From NCBI GenBank assembly GCA_002479805.1, contig DLPB01000025.1:3625-67624 (forward strand): DNA of 64,000 nucleotides, in the 5' to 3' direction. Shown here piece after piece: positions 60,488-64,000 of this stretch. Under the pieces are notes generated by a model that was not told the DNA's origin, did no database searches, and was given only the letters and a program-made list of their open reading frames with translations. Each line of letters begins with the position of its first letter. The stretch's first letter is position 1. This stretch comes from Micrococcales bacterium UBA7469. GTDB taxonomy: Bacteria; Actinomycetota; Actinomycetes; Actinomycetales; Microbacteriaceae. A program made the translations under genes and the position numbers.

Positions 60488-62143
60488 TTACTTCTTTTCT
60501 GCCAGAGCCTTTGGCTTGCGCTTAGGCTTCTCTACCGCAGGGGCAGGGGAGTGGTCAGCGTGAGCAAGTTCGTACTCAGCCTTAGATACCGGAGCAATAC
60601 GGTCTTCGAAGTAGAAGCTCGATAGTGCTGCGCGAATCTTGGCGCTGATGGTGATCTTGCCTTGAGCATTAGGTCTTGCAAGGGTTGGCTGGTAGTCCTT
60701 GAAGTCAACCAGCTTCCACAGCTCGTACTTGTCCACTGGCTCGTGAACCTCGATGTACTCACCGTGTGGCAAGCGCACAACGCGGCCAGTTTCGCGGCCG
60801 TGTAGCGCGATCTCACGGTCCTTACGCTGAAGCGCAAGGCAGGCACGCTTGGTGATCCAGTATGCAATTACAGGGCCGATGATCAGCAGAATCTGCATGC
60901 TGGTTAGCACGTGGTTCAGTGACATCTGGAAGTTAGTCGCAATTAGGTCGGTAGAAGCTCCAGCCCACAGCACGGCGTAGAAGGTAACGCCAGCAGCACC
61001 AAGGCCGGTTCTGGTAGGTGCGTTTCTCGGGCGGTCAAGCACGTGGTGCTCACGGTCGTCGCCGGTTACCCACTTCTCAACGAATGGGTAGACAGCCACA
61101 ATCGCAAGGAACAGTAGCGAGATGACAAGTGGAAGCAGCACACCCATTGGTAGCACTACACCAAGCACATAGATGTCTAGGTTCGACGGGGCAAGTCGCA
61201 ATGCACCATCTAGCCAACCGATGTACCAGTCAGGCTGAGTTCCTGCGGATACTGGAGATGGGTCGTATGGACCGTAGTTCCAGATTGGGTTGATGGTGAA
61301 GGTGGCTGAGATGGCCATCAAGACACCGAAGACTAGGAAGAAGAATCCTCCGGCTTTAGCCACGTATACCGGCATCAATGGGAAGCCGACGACGTTTTCG
61401 TCAGTCTTTCCAGGGCCTGAATAGTGGGTGTGCTTGTGGATGATTACCATCATCAAGTGCACTGCTAGCAACACAATGATCAGCGCTGGGATGATCATGA
61501 TGTGCAGGCTGTAAAGACGTGCTACCACCTCATCGCCAGGGAATTCTCCACCGAATAGGCCTGAGGAGATCGAGGGGCCGATGAACGGGATGGCCTTCAG
61601 CATTCCATCGATGATTCGAAGGCCGTTTCCTGATAGCAGGTCGTCTGGCAGTGAGTAACCGGTGAAGCCACCGCCCATTCCGGCTAGGAATAGGAAGAAT
61701 CCAACCAACCAGTTCAATTCACGTGGCTTGCGGAATGCACCGGTGAAGAACACGCGAAGCATGTGCAATCCAGCCGCGGCAACAAAGAGAAGCGCGGACC
61801 AGTGGTGCACCTGACGCATTAGAAGACCGCCACGAATGTCGAAGCTGATGTCCAAACTGGATGCATAGGCAATCGACATTTCGGCACCCTTGAGCGGCGC
61901 GTAGCTGCCCTCGTAGTGCACCGAGGCCATCGATGGCTGGAAGAAGAAGGTCAGGAAGGTACCGGAGATCAGTAGCACCACGAAGGAGTACATCGCGACC
62001 TCACCGAGCATGAAGCTCCAGTGGTCTGGAAATACCTTGCGGCCAAAGTTCTTTAGAACGCCTCCGAGGCTTAGTCGCTCATCGAGGTAGTTTGCGGCTC
62101 CACCGATGAAGGTGGTTGGCTTTTGTTCGGTAGAAGTGCTCAT
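60488..62143 (-). CDS. qcrB: Cytochrome bcc complex cytochrome b subunit
   Basis: FPDHWSFMLGE, RQVHHW, HMLRVFFTGAFRKPRE, QPDWY. Confidence 0.97.
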   Translation of the reverse strand: MSTSTEQKPTTFIGGAANYLDERLSLGGVLKNFGRKVFPDHWSFMLGEVAMYSFVVLLISGTFLTFFFQPSMASVHYEGSYAPLKGAEMSIAYASSLDISFDIRGGLLMRQVHHWSALLFVAAAGLHMLRVFFTGAFRKPRELNWLVGFFLFLAGMGGGFTGYSLPDDLLSGNGLRIIDGMLKAIPFIGPSISSGLFGGEFPGDEVVARLYSLHIMIIPALIIVLLAVHLMMVIIHKHTHYSGPGKTDENVVGFPLMPVYVAKAGGFFFLVFGVLMAISATFTINPIWNYGPYDPSPVSAGTQPDWYIGWLDGALRLAPSNLDIYVLGVVLPMGVLLPLVISLLFLAIVAVYPFVEKWVTGDDREHHVLDRPRNAPTRTGLGAAGVTFYAVLWAGASTDLIATNFQMSLNHVLTSMQILLIIGPVIAYWITKRACLALQRKDREIALHGRETGRVVRLPHGEYIEVHEPVDKYELWKLVDFKDYQPTLARPNAQGKITISAKIRAALSSFYFEDRIAPVSKAEYELAHADHSPAPAVEKPKRKPKALAEKK

Positions 62144-63171
62144 TACGACTGCCTTATGTCCCAGAATGAAGGCCCTACGGGCTCGGTAAAGTCGCCTTGA
62201 GCGACCAGGTATCCTTCAGCATCAACTTCAATAGCAAGCTGAGGTAGTGGCCTTGACGCCGGTCCGAAGATGACCTTGCAGTGGTCTGCTAGGTCAAAGG
62301 TGGACTGGTGGCAAGGGCATAGCAGGTGGTGAGTGTGCTGTTCGTAGAGAGCAACTGGGCAACCCACGTGTGTACAAATCTTGGAGTAAGCGACGATGCC
62401 GTCGTAGCTCCAAGAAGCCTTGGCTGGATCTTCCTTTAGTTCGGAAGGCTCAACGCGAACCAAAAGCACTGCGGCCTTGGCCTTCTGGTTGAGCTTCTCG
62501 CCGTGGTCCTCGATGTCCTTTAGGTTCTCAGGAACAACGTGGAATACCGAACCGATGGTGACTTCAGATGCCTTGATTGGCGTGCCACCCTCGTGAGAGT
62601 CGCGAACCAGGCGAACACCCTTCTTCCAGATGGTGTGCTTCAAGGTGTCTCCGACCTGTGGACCGAGGTCACCGAAGATGACGAGTGCCGGAATTGGGAA
62701 GACTGCCAAAGCGCCGTATAGCGAGCGACGAATTAGCTTGCGGCGAGTAAAGCCAGACTCTGCGTCAGCGGTCTTGATGATCTCAATCGCCTTTGCGCGA
62801 GCCTCATCTGGAGTGCGTGCCTGGTGACGAGCTTCAGCCACCTCGTGGTCTGGCATGAGGGTCTTGGCCCAGTGAACCGCTCCGAATCCGATACCTAGCA
62901 GGCTCAAAGCCATACCGATACCCATCCAGAAAGCGTTGTTTCTAGTGTCGGCCAAGCTGTCAATTGGGAATGCGAAGAATCCCCAAATCGCAACAATCGC
63001 ACCAATCACGGAGATGCCGAACATGACAGCAATCTGCTGCTCTGCCCCCTTTGCAGCCTTCTCGCTCTTATCGGTCATGCGAACGCGGTGTGGTTCGATG
63101 CCTGGGTCAGAGATTGGCTTTTGAATGTTCGTGGCTAGGCCAGCTGGGTAAACCTTCTCGATTTCGCTCAT
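62143..63171 (-). CDS. qcrA: Cytochrome bcc complex Rieske iron-sulfur subunit
   Basis: CTHVGC and CPCHQS Rieske boxes, RRKL Tat-like motif after TM helices. Confidence 0.97.
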   Translation of the reverse strand: MSEIEKVYPAGLATNIQKPISDPGIEPHRVRMTDKSEKAAKGAEQQIAVMFGISVIGAIVAIWGFFAFPIDSLADTRNNAFWMGIGMALSLLGIGFGAVHWAKTLMPDHEVAEARHQARTPDEARAKAIEIIKTADAESGFTRRKLIRRSLYGALAVFPIPALVIFGDLGPQVGDTLKHTIWKKGVRLVRDSHEGGTPIKASEVTIGSVFHVVPENLKDIEDHGEKLNQKAKAAVLLVRVEPSELKEDPAKASWSYDGIVAYSKICTHVGCPVALYEQHTHHLLCPCHQSTFDLADHCKVIFGPASRPLPQLAIEVDAEGYLVAQGDFTEPVGPSFWDIRQS

Positions 63172-63182
63172 TCGAATTCTCC

Positions 63183-63980
63183 CTAGTTAGCCTTGGCGCC
63201 GAGCCATACGGTGATTGCAATGATGAAGCCCAAACCGAAGATCCATACAAACAGACCCTCAGCAACCGGACCGATGGACGCAAGTTCATAACCGCCCACG
63301 GAGTCGTTTTCTTCCACGTACTTCAGGTAAGCGATGATGTCGCGCTTGTCCTCAGGGGTGAGGTTTGCGTCGTTGAATACTGGCATGTTCTGAGGACCGG
63401 TAACCATGGCCTCGTAGATGTGCTTCTCGGTTACGCCGCCCAGTGCCGGTGCGAACTTACCCTCGGTCAGAGCGCCACCAGCGCCTACCGCGTTGTGACA
63501 CATCGCACAGTTGATGCGGAACAGCTCGCTACCGTGGGTCAGGTCAATGTCCTCACCAGTTGTTCTCAGGTACTCGGCGTCTGGAATAGCTGGTCCGGGG
63601 GCCAAGGATGCAACGTAGGCTGCCATAGCTGCAATTTGCTCCTCGGTGAACTGAACCGGCTTCTTGTAAAGCTGTGGTCCAGAAGCCTGGCCCGGCATGC
63701 GACCGGTTCCGACCTGGAAGTCAACCGATGCGGCTCCAACACCGATAAGGCTCGGGCCACCTACGGCGCCCTCACCGTTAGAGCCGTGACAGCTTGCACA
63801 GTTGGCCAAGAACAGCTTGCGCCCCTCGGCTACCTGGTCGGCACTTGATACTTCGGACTGAACCACGTTGGTTGCAGCCGCATAGCCACCACCTGATAGT
63901 ACGAGCCCTAGAAAGATTACGAAGCCAATCGCCCAAGGGCGACGGCGCATCGGCTTTTCCTGATTCAACAGTTTCTCCAT
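63183..63980 (-). CDS. qcrC: Cytochrome bcc complex diheme cytochrome c subunit
   Basis: Two CXXCH motifs (CASCH, CAMCH), GPQNMP, C-terminal TM. Confidence 0.96.
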   Translation of the reverse strand: MEKLLNQEKPMRRRPWAIGFVIFLGLVLSGGGYAAATNVVQSEVSSADQVAEGRKLFLANCASCHGSNGEGAVGGPSLIGVGAASVDFQVGTGRMPGQASGPQLYKKPVQFTEEQIAAMAAYVASLAPGPAIPDAEYLRTTGEDIDLTHGSELFRINCAMCHNAVGAGGALTEGKFAPALGGVTEKHIYEAMVTGPQNMPVFNDANLTPEDKRDIIAYLKYVEENDSVGGYELASIGPVAEGLFVWIFGLGFIIAITVWLGAKAN

Positions 63981-64000
63981 TTATTTCAAGATGTAGACGA
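63981..64000 (-). CDS. ctaE: Cytochrome c oxidase subunit III, 3' end only
   Basis: Minus strand reads VYILK-TAA abutting the qcrC start; ctaE-qcrCAB is the usual actinobacterial order. Confidence 0.6.

Noticed and set aside
63051..63848. 265-aa plus-strand ORF
   Set aside because: Antisense shadow of qcrC/qcrA with no recognisable motifs

Overview
Dense, almost gap-free core-chromosome segment of a high-GC Gram-positive bacterium. Gene order and protein features point to Actinomycetota, most likely Microbacteriaceae; the tight packing suggests a streamlined freshwater Luna-type lineage (inference). Contents in order: nadK-recN-pyrG-xerD-parA-scpAB-rluB-aroH-tyrA-cmk-der-ldh-tRNA-Pro; metF, pgsA-garA-two MerR regulators, a second ParA-like ATPase, pyc, def, fadD, glk-plsC-aroG; the dcw cluster (mraZ to ftsZ, sepF, divIVA) with the mraW RNA motif; lspA-rluD-dnaE; hisD-nrdR-pyrD; and the cytochrome aa3/bcc genes (ctaCDF, qcrCAB, end of ctaE), between which sit tmRNA and two accessory genes. 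I found no mobile element, prophage, CRISPR array, defence system or clearly novel multi-gene system. The best leads are regulatory and architectural: a shared cell-cycle promoter module upstream of ftsZ and a MerR gene (with a perfect DnaA box), tmRNA sitting inside the respiratory cluster, a non-DAP MurE, loss of pknL plus an altered GarA phosphomotif, and signs of strong genome compaction. All calls come from reading sequence motifs and synteny; no database searches were run.
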